Assembly: GCF_009914755.1 (NCBI RefSeq)
Contig: NC_060944.1
Reading direction: 5' to 3' (one strand)
DNA length: 64,000 bases
Origin: the human T2T-CHM13v2.0 reference genome, Homo sapiens
Numbering within the stretch: the stretch's first letter is position 1; each line of letters opens with the position of its first letter. Under the pieces are notes generated by a model. That model searched no databases. It had not been told where the DNA came from and worked only from the letters and a program-made list of their open reading frames with translations. Shown here one piece after another: positions 1 through 12,336 of this stretch. Both the position numbers and the translations under genes were made by a program.

Positions 1-2001
1 AGACTAGGGTGGGGAGGAGGCTGGGGTGGGTTGGTGGGGAGGAGGCTGGGGTGGGTTGGTGGGGAGGGGGCTGGGGTAGGGAGGAGACTAGGGTGGGGAG
101 GAGGCTGGGGTGGGTTGGTGGGGAGGAGGCTGGGGTGGGTTGGTGGGGAGGGGGCAGGGGTGGATTGGTGGGGAGGAGGCTGGGGTGGGTTGGTGGGGAG
201 GAGGCTGGGGTAGGGAGGAGACTAGGGTGGGGAGGAGGCTGGGGTGGGTTGGTGGGGAGGAGGCTGGGGTGGGTTGGTGGGGAGGGGGCAGGGGTGGATT
301 GGTGGGGAGGAGGCTGGGGTGGGTTGGTGGGGAGGAGGCTGGGGTAGGGAGGAGACTAGGGTGGGGAGGAGGCTGGGGTGGGTTGGTGGGGAGGAGGCTG
401 GGGTGGGTTGGTGGGGAGGGGGCTGGGGTAGGGAGGAGACTAGGGTGGGGAGGAGGCTGGGGTGGGTTGGTGGGGTGGGGGCTGGGGTAGGGAGGAGACT
501 AGGGTGGGGAGGAGGCTGGGGTGGGTTGGTGGGGAGGAGGCTGGGGTAGGGAGGAGACTAGGGTGGGGAGGAGGCTGGGGTGGGTTGGTGGGGAGGAGGC
601 TGGGGTGGGTTGGTGGGGAGGGGGCAGGGGTGGATTGGTGGGGAGGAGGCTGGGGTGGGTTGGTGGGGAGGAGGCTGGGGTAGGGAGGAGACTAGGGTGG
701 GGAGGAGGCTGGGGTGGGTTGGTGGGGAGGAGGCTGGGGTGGGTTGGTGGGGAGGGGGCAGGGGTGGATTGGTGGGGAGGAGGCTGGGGTGGGTTGGTGG
801 GGAGGAGGCTGGGGTAGGGAGGAGACTAGGGTGGGGAGGAGGCTGGGGTGGGTTGGTGGGGAGGAGGCTGGGGTGGGTTGGTGGGGAGGGGGCTGGGGTA
901 GGGAGGAGACTAGGGTGGGGAGGAGGCTGGGGTGGGTTGGTGGGGAGGGGGCTGGGGTAGGGAGGAGACTAGGGTGGGGAGGAGGCTGGGGTGGGTTGGT
1001 GGGGAGGGGGCAGGGGTGGATTGGTGGGGAGGAGGCTGGGGTGGGTTGGTGGGGAGGAGGCTGGGGTGGGTTGGTGGGGAGGGGGCAGGGGTGGATTGGT
1101 GGGGAGGAGGCTGGGGTGGGTTGGTGGGGAGGAGGCTGGGGTAGGGAGGAGACTAGGGTGGGGAGGAGGCTGGGGTGGGTTGGTGGGGAGGAGGCTGGGG
1201 TGGGTTGGTGGGGAGGGGGCTGGGGTAGGGAGGAGACTAGGGTGGGGAGGAGGCTGGGGTGGGTTGGTGGGGAGGGGGCTGGGGTAGGGAGGAGACTAGG
1301 GTGGGGAGGAGGCTGGGGTGGGTTGGTGGGGAGGGGGCAGGGGTGGATTGGTGGGGAGGAGGCTGGGGTGGGTTGGTGGGGAGGAGGCTGGGGTGGGTTG
1401 GTGGGGAGGGGGCAGGGGTGGATTGGTGGGGAGGAGGCTGGGGTGGGTTGGTGGGGAGGAGGCTGGGGTAGGGAGGAGACTAGGGTGGGGAGGAGGCTGG
1501 GGTGGGTTGGTGGGGAGGAGGCTGGGGTGGGTTGGTGGGGAGGGGGCTGGGGTAGGGAGGAGACTAGGGTGGGGAGGAGGCTGGGGTGGGTTGGTGGGGA
1601 GGAGGCTGGGGTGGGTTGGTGGGGAGGGGGCTGGGGTAGGGAGGAGACTAGGGTGGGGAGGAGGCTGGGGTGGGTTGGTGGGGAGGGGGCAGGGGTGGAT
1701 TGGTGGGGAGGAGGCTGGGGTGGGCAGGAGACTAGGGTGGAGAGGAGGCTGGGGTGGGTTGGTGGGGAGGAGGCTGGGGTGGGTTGGTGGGGAGGGGGCA
1801 GGGGTGGATTGGTGGGGAGGAGGCTGGGGTGGGTTGGTGGGGAGGAGGCTGGGGTGGGTTGGTGGGGAGGGGGCAGGGGTGGATTGGTGGGGAGGAGGCT
1901 GGGGTGGGTTGGTGGGGAGGAGGCTGGGGTGGGTTGGTGGGGAGGAGGCTGGGGTGAGGAGGAGACTAGGGTGGGGAGGAGGCTGGGGTGGGGAGGTGGG
2001 G
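1..2001. repeat. G-rich minisatellite (VNTR), truncated by the window start; 25-nt and 34-nt unit variants
   Basis: Tandem units ggctggggtgggttggtggggagga (25 nt), ggcaggggtggattggtggggagga (25-nt variant) and ggctggggtagggaggagactagggtggggagga (34 nt). All G/W- and P-rich ORFs in 1-2100 are translations of it. Confidence 0.98.
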
Positions 2002-2224
2002 AGATATTTTCAGTTCCACTGTGTAGATGAGGACTGTGAGGCTCAGACAGGCCAAATGCCAAGCTGCAGACCTTTCGGCTGGAAAATGGAGGATGGGCTT
2101 GGATGAGAACCCAGGCCCATCAGGGTCCTCATTACCTCCCTTCTGTTCTCTGCTATGTGTTCCCTTGAGGCCCCGGTATGAGGGATTTGGTTCCCTGGGT
2201 CCCGTACCTACAGCAAGATCTTGA

Positions 2225-2540
2225 CCACAATAGGTGCTCATAAATGTTTGCTGAGTGATGAATTTGCTCATTTGATCATTCATTCATTCAACAAATGTAT
2301 CAGTGACTCCTCTGTGCCAGGCATGGTGCTAGGGCCCTGGGATTCAGCCTTGAACAAGAGAAAGCTCCCACCGTTTTGGAGCTCACATTCTCAGGGGGCA
2401 GGGGTGTGACAGGCAATCAAGATATGTATAATATGAGCACTAAGAAGAAGAGAGCAGACCAATTGAGAGGGGAGGTGCCTTCAGATGGTCAGGGAGGGCT
2501 CGGAGGAGGAGGGCATGTGACAGTAGAGACTTGAAGAAGT
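2225..2540. mobile_element. L2 LINE 3'-end remnants in opposite orientations
   Basis: ataggtgctcataaatgtttgctgagtga followed by cattcattcaacaaatgtat...tgtgccaggcatggtgctagg, typical L2 tails. Confidence 0.65.
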
Positions 2541-2541
2541 G

Positions 2542-2823
2542 TGGGTTGGGTGCCTGTAATCCCAGCACTTTGAGAGGTTGAGGTGGGAGGATCCGTTGAG
2601 GCCAGGAGTTCAAGACCTTCCTGGGTAACAGAGAGAGACTCCGTATCTACCAAAAAGCCGGGTGTGGTAGTGCACGCTGTGATCCCAGCTACTCTTGGAG
2701 GCTGAGATGGGAGGATCACTTGAACCCAGGAAGGTGGAGGCTGCAGTGAGCCATGGTTGTGCCACTGCACTTCAGCCTGGGCAACAGAGTGAGATCTTGT
2801 CTCAAAAAAAGAAGAAAAAAAAA
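2542..2823 (+). mobile_element. Alu (AluJ-like)
   Basis: cctgtaatcccagcactttg...gaggctgcagtgagcc...A-rich tail. Confidence 0.95.
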
Positions 2824-3918
2824 GCGGTGTGGAGTTTGCCCCGGGGACACTGGGGGAAGGCCATTGTAGGCAGAGGGAACAGCAGGTGCAAAGGCATGAG
2901 GTGGGCTCGTGCTTGAAATGTCTGAGCAACAGCAAAGAGGGGCAGTAGAGTGAGCCAGGGGGACAGGCAGCCAGGCTAGGCCATGCCTCGTGGGTGCTGG
3001 ATTCCTCCGGGGATGGCAGAAGGCTATGGAGGGCTCTGAGCAGGGGCTTAACAGGCTCCGAACGAGGTTTAAAGCGAATGAAGCTGCGCCCTGTACCATC
3101 TGTGGCGTGGGGACCGTGGCGGCCTAAGCTGCACAGGCTGCCTTGCAAGATTCTGGGAGAAGAAAATCTCAGAGTGCTGAGGCCAGAGGGACTGCCCCAC
3201 CCTGCAAGGATCTTGGGTGTTCTGGAGGGGACCTGGCAGTGCAGACAGAGCCTGGGGTTCATGTCCTGACTCTACCACCTCCCAGGCGCAGAGCTCAAGA
3301 CTGCTCCTGGGACCTCCGCTGTCTGCCTTGTCACAGGGGGACAGGGTCAGGGAGGGAGAAGGATTCCTGAAGGCTGGCGATGCTTGGTGTCCCGCAGTGC
3401 AACTGCCAGTGGCAGAGCCCGACCCGGGCAGCTGAGGCCCACCAGGAGGAAGCAACGGCCTGGAGGCCGAGGGGCCACCGCCACCTCCACTGCCCGTCGC
3501 TGCAGTCCTGGCTCTGGCTCCGGAGGCCTGGCTGTGGCCTCCTGTGCTTTCACCATCTGTGCACTGCGCTGGCCAGGCGTGCCCTGCTCTAGGGTGCCCA
3601 TCTGGACGCCAAGCTGACAGCACATCCGGCTCGAGCAGGGCATCTTACAAACCATCGTTAGACCTGTCAGGCTTCCAGCAATTTTGTTTGGTTTTGGTTT
3701 GGTTTGGCCCCACTCCTCTCCTAGGGAAGGGAGAGGTCAGGGAAGGGAGAGGAGAAAGGAGCTCAAGCTTCCTGTCTACTCTTTCTGGGCTGGCCAACAC
3801 TCACCATCTCATTCTGTCTTCTCAGTCCCCATTGACAGGTGGGGAAACTGAGGCTGAAAATGGTGACTGTCCAAGGCCACTTGAGGGTTAAGTAGCAAAG
3901 CCAGAAGTTAAATCCAGG

Positions 3919-4220
3919 GCTACTCTTGGAGGCTGAGGTGGGAGGATCGCTTGAGCCCAGGGGAAGGTCAAGGCTGCAGTGAGCCATGGCTGTGCCACTG
4001 CACTTCAGCCTGGGCAACAGAGTGAGATCCTGTCTCAAAAAAAGAAAAAAAGAAAAAAGCAGTGTGGAGTTTGCCCTGGGGACACCGAGGCAAGGGCATT
4101 GTAGGCAGAGGGAACAGCAGGTGCAAAGGCATGAAGTGGGCTCGTACTTGAAATGTCTGAGCAACAGCAAAGGAGGGCAGTAGAGTGAGCCAGGCTGGAC
4201 CACGCCTCATAGGTGCTGGA
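3919..4220 (+). repeat. Local duplicate of 2688-3001 (Alu right arm plus 3' flank)
   Basis: Shares private variants (ctactcttggagg; cacttcagcctgggcaacagagtgagatc) and the non-Alu flank gtggagtttgccc...gagtgagccagg with 2688-3001. Confidence 0.92.
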
Positions 4221-4819
4221 CCTTCTCCCCAGTCCCAGTTCCCACTGGCACCTGACTCCTGGTAGGGGCTTGGGTGTGGGTGGGGTAGAGAAAACAGCAT
4301 CCTCATTCCAGATTCTGGGCCAGGAAAGGCTCCTGGCCATGGTTCCTCTGTGGCGGTGGGGAAGAGGGCCGGCGGGCAGGCTGTGCTGTGAGCCTGGCTC
4401 CCTCCTCCCTGTGGAGGGGCCATGACCCCGGCTCAGGTGACACAGCACCTGCAGCACGAGCCGCCACCTGCCTGGCCTGCTGGTGACAATATTCCCCGAG
4501 CAGCGGGCAGGCTAGGGGGCCTCGGTTCACCGGCCCAGCCTCAGGAAGCCCAGAGAGAGAGGTCAAGTGTGCTGCTGCCAGGCTTCCAGAAGCTTCTCCA
4601 ATTTCTGCGGTCCCAGCAACTTTTGGTATGGATCTAGGGCAGTCTGACCCCTGCTGGACCCCTCACAAATGCCGGGTCCCGTATGCACACTTGAAGGTCG
4701 CTGCCACCACGAGCAAGGCCTTCTGCCCTTGGCCTGTTAGGGGCCTTGGAGACTCTGGAGAAAACCCCCAGTGGCACCACTGGGCCCAAGAGCCACCAGC
4801 AGCCAGTGCCATTGTCGCC

Positions 4820-4875
4820 ACTGTGGGTTAAGAACTACCCTCCCTCTACTGTGGGTTAAGAACTACCCTCCCTCT
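4820..4875. repeat. Perfect 28-bp tandem duplication
   Basis: actgtgggttaagaactaccctccctct at 4820-4847 and 4848-4875. Confidence 0.95.
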
Positions 4876-4929
4876 CCCACTTACCTTTTAAAAAATGCCT
4901 ATAATTTTACAAAGGAGAAAATGTGAAGT

Positions 4930-5090
4930 CTTTTTTTTTTTTGAGACCGAGTCTTCCTCTCTCCCCTAGGCTGGAGGGCAGTTTGGACGATCTTAGCTCA
5001 CTACACCCCCACCTCCCGGGTTCAAGCGATTCTCCTGCCTCAGCCTCCTGGGTACCTGGGATTACAGGCACCCGCCACCATGCTCGACCA
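4930..5090 (-). mobile_element. Alu right-arm fragment
   Basis: Poly-T, gagaccgagtct...caagcgattctcctgcctcagcctcc...gattacaggc. Confidence 0.9.
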
Positions 5091-5152
5091 GAAAATGTGG
5101 TCTTTTACATATCAAGGAAATAGTAACTGGCTGGAAAGCAGGAAAGAGCATC

Positions 5153-5211
5153 AACTCCCTATTAGACTCATCGGAGCCGAACTCCCTGTTAGACTTATCG
5201 GACCCGAACTC
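5153..5211. repeat. 27-bp imperfect tandem duplication
   Basis: aactccctattagactcatcggagccg / aactccctgttagacttatcggacccg / aactc. Confidence 0.85.
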
Positions 5212-6276
5212 TGATCTTGATCTGCACTTCAACCAGTGGCCTCAGCCCACTCCCCTGGTCTTGCATTTGTCTCACTGTCTCCCCTAAAGACATCCCTTCC
5301 TCCCCTTCACCAAGCATGTCCCCCTTGGGGTCAGCCCTCGCCTGGACTATTGCAGTAGCCTCCAGGCTAGTCTCAGCTACCCTGTACACCCTCCAAATAG
5401 GCCACAGAGTCTTTGTCTCAAACACAGGCCAGACCTCCTGCCCTTACTCAAAACCCTACCATGGGCCTCTGGTGGCCCCAGGATTAGGTCTTGACACCCT
5501 AGTCTGGCCTTCAGGATCCTTCCTGTTCCAGCTTGGCCTGTCTCTCCAACCCACCCCTTACCACCCCCTGGGTCATTAAGAGCATAGGCTTTGTAGTTGC
5601 TGTGTGACCTTGGGCAAGTTACTTAACTTATCTGAACCTTGATTTCTCATCCATGAAAGTGAAATAGGTCTCTGCCACAAGGGGAGCAGGGTTTCAATTG
5701 TGCGATTCCAATAATCTCATGTGTGTAGCACTGGACTAGGATATACAGTGGGTGCTCAATAAATGTAGCTATCCTTATTTGTCACTACCCCATGAAACGA
5801 CTAAAAATCTCCCACAGCATACTCTGCGGAGCCTATGCAGATGCTGCGTCCTCTGCCTCGGCAGCCTAGTGAACTCCTATTAATCCTTCAACACCCCTCT
5901 CAGGCAATGCCCTGACTGGCCTGGTGTCAGCTGTCCTTTCTCAGAACCCTCCTCCATATTGGCCAGATTGCTGCACTAGAATTCTTCCCTTTACTTGTCA
6001 ATCTTCCACCATATGACTGTGGGTTCCTAGGGGCAGTGGCTATAAATGACAAAACTGAGCCAGCCAGGGAGGGCTGGGGTGATGAGGGAAGGGGTATGAG
6101 ACAGGAAGGAGGGAAAGGTGGAGGGAGAGAGGCTCTGTGGTTGGCCAAGGCAGAATAAAGCTTTCATTCAATCATTTGTTCATTCACCCATTCATTCAAC
6201 ACATGCATACTGACCTACTCTATTTAAAGCCCCTTGCTAGCTTTCCCCAGCTTCTAGAATCACTCCAAAATCTCTC

Positions 6277-6548
<272 letters not shown>

Positions 6549-7849
6549 CCTGTCCTCCATGGGTGGCCCTCGAAGCCCCAGGAACCCAGTCCTCCCCAGT
6601 GGACCGCTCCACCCTCAGTCTCCCTGTCCCTTTCTGTCCCTCCCTGTGCTCCAGGACTCTGGCTCCCCTTTGGTTCCTCAAGCAAGACCACCTTCTAGAA
6701 CGCCCTTCTTCTGACCTTTCCAGGACGACCCCCAGGACAGGCCCCTATCACTCTGTATAAACAGGGTCTCACCCCCACAGCGCGGGTTCCACCTCAGTCC
6801 TGTGTCTCCTACCTCATTCTCACCCAGCCCACGCCCAGACGCACTTGTGGGATCAGGGGATTAACACCCACCTTCTCAGTAGGCTGCGAGCTTCCCACTT
6901 CCCAGCATGCCTGTGGTGACTAGCGCCCACCCGGAGCGCCCCAGGAGACCAGAGCCAAAAGGGACCTTGGTGAGCATCGAGGTCCGCCCCCACGTGTTGT
7001 AACAACAATAATAAAAAATAATATTTCCAACAACAACAGCAGCTAACACTGCCCACGTGCCAGGCGTTTCGCCTTCCGTGCAGTTTCCTCGAATCCACGC
7101 AACAACCCCATACAGAGAGCTCCAATTCCATCCCCATCTTACAGAGGAGAAAACTGAAGCTGGGCAAGGCTGGCCAGGCCCCTGGGTTGCAGGCCCTGCA
7201 CTCTTCGGTCACCACTAGGCTGTGCTGCCAGATGACCATGGTGGCAACACTGGACGGGGTTGGGGCTCCACAGACTTGAGCTCTGTGATCCCAGACAAGT
7301 CCTAGACCTTTCTGGCCTCAGTCTCCCCATCTGGAAAATGGAGCTAACCACAGTCTCTTCATCAGACTGAATGTTCACAGGAGGGAGGGACTGTCAGGGC
7401 TTCCAAGTACAGAGAGAGGGGACGGGTACCATGAGGGCAGGATTATGGGGGTCCCCAGGGCCTCCCCCACAGGTAAAGCCCCACCCAAAGCCAGTTCTGC
7501 CCAAGGCCTGCTCCAAGAGGACCCCTGCAAGGCAGGGTGAGTGGAGTCCTTCCTGGGGAGTGCCCAGTGCCCACACACTCCCTTCTAGAGAAAGAAGACA
7601 GCACTGTGCACAATGAGACCAGGGGACCCGGGGTGTGTGGGGGCCACCAGGTGGGGCACAGCACACCCTCCACTGAACCCTGAGCCATGGGGACCCTGAG
7701 CGCTCCCAGCCCTCCTGACACCTGCTTCCCCTTGCCACATGGGCCCTGGCAGTGGGAATGGGGCGTCTGCCGGAGCCTCTCCTGGGCTGTGCCAACCTCC
7801 CTATGCCCAGACAAAGCCCCCCTCCCCCGGCCTCCGGGGAAGGGGTGGG

Positions 7850-8300
7850 CCAGTGAGGGAGCTGACAAAGGGAGCCAGTGGGGCTGTGCCTGGGGCTCGT
7901 GCCACCCCACTCCCCGACCTGCCCACAGTGCCCACATCCCCCTCCTGCCACTTGGCCGGCTGGGGCGCCCGGCACCGTTGCTATGGCGGCAGCTCTGGGG
8001 AAGCTGCAGCTGGGTAATTATTGCGAACATCCATCCTGCCTCCAGCCCGCCCCAAGAGCCGGGCAGCGAGCAGCGGGGCCAGGGCAGCCCCTCCTCACCC
8101 GCCGGGCAGCCGCACCCTGGCCTGGCACGATGCCTGCCCGAGGTACAGTGGGGAGGACAGCCATGCAGGCTGCTGCAGCAGACAGGAGCCAGCCCAGGGG
8201 CTGGCCAGGAAACCCCCACTTTCGCCCTGGCCCCCCAGCCCTGGGCCACCCTTGGAGCTGACCGGCCGGCCCAGAACTTATTTTTTCCAGCTATAATACA
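7850..8300. promoter_or_regulatory. Candidate enhancer: repeat-free GC/CpG-enriched block with an RFX X-box-like motif
   Basis: GTTGCTATGGCGGC at 7977-7990 resembles the X-box GTTGCCATGGCAAC. CpG density is locally raised and a TAATTA lies nearby. Motif inference only. Confidence 0.35.
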
Positions 8301-9047
8301 CACACCAAACCAGCCAGAGAACCTCCTTTGTTCAAACAGAATCCTTCCTCTGCCGTTTTGGGGGCAGTGGAAGCCAAAGCAGCCAGAATGGGCTCTGGCC
8401 TGTCACCTAGGGACGGTCCCCTCGATGAGGCGGTTCCCCTGGGGCCCCACTGTGGGCCCCGCCACCTCCTCAGCCTCAGAAGCTCGCCTTGGCCCTGGTG
8501 TCTAAATATAGCTCTGCCGGGCCAAGCCTGAGGTCTCACACTCCCAACTGCCCCGGGTGGCCGGGGGAGGAGATTCATTCAGGCCTCGAGAGAGCATTTC
8601 AGGAGCCACTTAGGGCTGAGCTCAGGGCCCCCACTGTGACGCAGGTGTGCCTCTGCCTGTGGGGCTTGCGGACCCCCTCAGGAGACACACAGATATGATT
8701 TTGAGTAGCTAACTCGATCGAGAAAACACAGACCAGGACTCCCCTCGCCCAGCCTGGAAGCAGGATGCGTCAGGGCGGGAGGGAAAGGAAGGGGTCTAGG
8801 CTGGGGAGGGGAGGCACCAAGGGGAGAGAGAGGAAGTGTGGTCTGGCGCTGGAACAGATTTGTGTGGTAGAATGTGGGGTGCGCCCCAGCAGGACATGGG
8901 CTAGGGAGCAGTGGCCGGGGGTCAGCAGGGTGCAGAGCACAGGGATGCCGTCTCTTCTCCTTTTGGCTCCACTGCCCCTCAGGGCCCTGCACAGGCTGGC
9001 ACTCGGCAGGAGATACCGCTCAGATGTTATTTTCCAAAGAATCCCGA

Positions 9048-9320
9048 GGCCGGGCACGCTGACTCACGCCTGTAATCCCAACACTTTGGGAGGCCGAGGC
9101 GGGTGGATCGCTTGAGGTCAGTTCGAGACCAGCCTGGCCAACATGGCAAAACCCCATCTCTACTAAAATACAAAATTAGTTGGGCGTGGCAGTATGTGCC
9201 TGTAATCCCAGCTACTCGGGAGGCTGAGGCAGGAGAATCGCTTGAACACGGGAGAGTCTCCCGGTGAGCTGGGATCACACCACTACACTCCAGCCTGGGC
9301 AACAGAGCAAGACTCCATCT

Positions 9321-9370
<50 letters not shown>
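9048..9370 (+). mobile_element. Alu (AluS-like) with a (CA)n microsatellite replacing the A-tail
   Basis: ggccgggcacgctgactcacgcctgtaatccc...ccatctcaaa then (CA)n 9324-9370. Flanked by agaatcc repeats (TSD-like). Confidence 0.95.
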
Positions 9371-9373
<3 letters not shown>

Positions 9374-11359
9374 AGAATCCTGGTGGCCAGAGTGGAAGTG
9401 GAGGCAGCACAAAGGAGGGGGACAAGGTGGCGGGAGCAGCAAGGGGCCACGGGCGAGGCAAGGGTCCCCTGGAGCTGCAGGTGAGAGAGGAAAATGAAGG
9501 AGAATCCACAGGACATGGGGGATGAGAGCAAGGGAAGGATTCAGGCTGCCTGTGCCCCTCCCCAGACCTTGGTCATCGAGCCGCTGACCAGGGCCCTGCT
9601 TGGGGGACAGACACTCTAAAATAAAAGGGTAAATATCTGTTGAAAGAGAGCCCGGCCCCTGCTCACCACCAGACATTAGGGCCTCGGGGAGAAGGCCTTC
9701 TGCTCAGCTAGTGCGGGTGGAGGGAGAGCAGCCTGGTCCCTGGCACAGCCTTCTGGGTAGGGACTGTCTCAGCCTCAATGGCCTTTGGACCTCCCACTTT
9801 CAGTCCCAGCAATAAATCTTCCCAACAGCACACGGTTTTCTACCTGAAAAGCTCTTTCCATCCAGCATCCTCTGCTAGCTTCAAACAGCCCTGGCACTGG
9901 GCCAGGCAGGGAGGCACAGCCATTGCAGAGGTGAGGAAACTGAGGCTCAGAGAAGTGAGGCTCAGAGATCTGCCCAGGCATGGAAAGGGGAGGGACCATG
10001 ACTAAGCACCCACTAAGTTACAGGGGCCTTTGCAAACATCACCTGGGGCTGCAGCTAGAAGGCGGAGAGTAGAACTTGAAGTCAGGAGTAGAACTTGAAC
10101 TTCCGACTGATTCCCTGGTCCTGGGCTCCCCTGTCCTCCTGAGACAGAGGCTAATAGGAGCCAAGACTGGGCCATTCCTTTTAGCACCATGTTTTCTGAG
10201 AATATAAGCTGGAGAGGGTGGGGCAGGAGGTCTGAGACAAACAAAACTGCACTTTGGAATTATCCAGTCTGACTGCAACCACCTCTATCTTACAGATGGG
10301 GAAACTGAGGCTCTGGCCTGGCCCAGGCCCAAAGAACCCACTGTTTCCCAGATCTTGGAGTAGCTGAGACTGGGTAAGTAAGTCCCACTGATCCCAGAGC
10401 TCTTTTTGGATCCAGCTGTCCACACAGCATCTGGGGTTTTAATTGGGTATTTTGGGGAAGGATTCTGAATGCAAATTTGGAAGAGAGCTCTGGGCCAGCC
10501 CTGCAGCTAATGTCAGCCATGGGAACTCACAGGCCACTGGGTTAGAGTGATGTGGATCAGGTGTGATGCAGAGGAGCATGTGAGAACCAGCACCAGCCAC
10601 TGGTAGGACTCGCATTAGTGCAAGTGACCACAATGGTGGGTGCCAGGCACCATAAGGGAGAAGATGGTGGTGGGGCCTTCAAAGAGTGCCTGGAGCGTGG
10701 CGAAGCTTCCGGGCGGCGTGGCGAGGCTTCCGGACGTCGCACTACGACTGTTATTGTCCTTGTCCCTCTGCACCAGATCTCCATCCTGGCTGTTTTTCAC
10801 AGCGTCCCCAGAAAGACTCTGTGAGGGAAGGTCTATTATTATCTCCATTTTCAGGTCGGGGGGCATTTAGATGGGAGAGAAATTTGGGGACTGGGGGAGT
10901 TCTTCCCCTTCTCCCTGAAATTGCCCCAGGCCGGGGACCCTGTCTCCCACCCACCAACAGGGCAAGCCAAGATGGTTGAAAAGTTCTCCTTGGCCCAGCT
11001 TTAAAAGCCAACCCAACAGAGTGATTGGAAGTCCAAGAGTAAGGAGAGCTTAGTTTGGACTTCCCAGAAGGCAAGTTTTTATATAATACCGATCACAAAT
11101 TTGGTACCCGTCCTCTTCAGTAGTGCCAGGGGTTCAGCTGGGTACCTATCTTGGAGAAACTGCTGGAGTGCACAGTGAGGCCTGTTCAGGGCTGTGTGTG
11201 GGAGTGAAATAATGGAAATGTCCATTCATAGGCCAGAGGGCAAATAAAGGATGGACCAGCTCACACACAGAACACTGCACAGCACGGAGGAGGAGGCAGG
11301 TCTGTATGCACTGACTCAGAAATGTCCATGACACGTTGTTCAGTGAAAAAGAAGGCATT

Positions 11360-12040
<681 letters not shown>

Positions 12041-12316
12041 CATCTTGCAGAACAAAACATACAGAATGTTACTACTCACGTGAGACGCATACCTAAACAC
12101 AATATGCACATCTAAACAGATATAAATATAGATAGTCTAGGTATAGGTGTTGGTACAGGCACGACACAGGCATAGGTAGTGGCATAGGTATAGTTACAGA
12201 TATTGGTATAGGTATTGGTATAGGCATGGCATAGGTATAGGTATATACACTGACCAGCTGACAACAATGGTTTAAACAGAATGGGGCTCAGGAGGTAAAG
12301 AGGAATTACATGGCCT

Positions 12317-12336
12317 TTTATTCACTACATTTTATT
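12317..12336 (-). terminator. C20orf203: Tandem polyadenylation signals (AATAAA x2), likely 3' end of C20orf203
   Basis: Plus-strand tttatt at 12317-12322 and 12331-12336 reads AATAAA on the minus strand. Confidence 0.65.

Noticed and set aside
1-2001. CRISPR-like array
   Set aside because: The units are contiguous with no unique spacers, and the context is eukaryotic.
9-2106. Long G/W-rich and P-rich ORFs (up to 456 aa)
   Set aside because: Translations of the minisatellite, mostly with non-ATG starts.
2489-3262. 257-aa minus-strand ORF
   Set aside because: Runs through Alu/L2 sequence and gives typical Alu-derived peptides.
7394-8505. Overlapping 193-286-aa ORFs on both strands
   Set aside because: Stop-poor GC-rich DNA, no recognisable protein, and several frames open at once.
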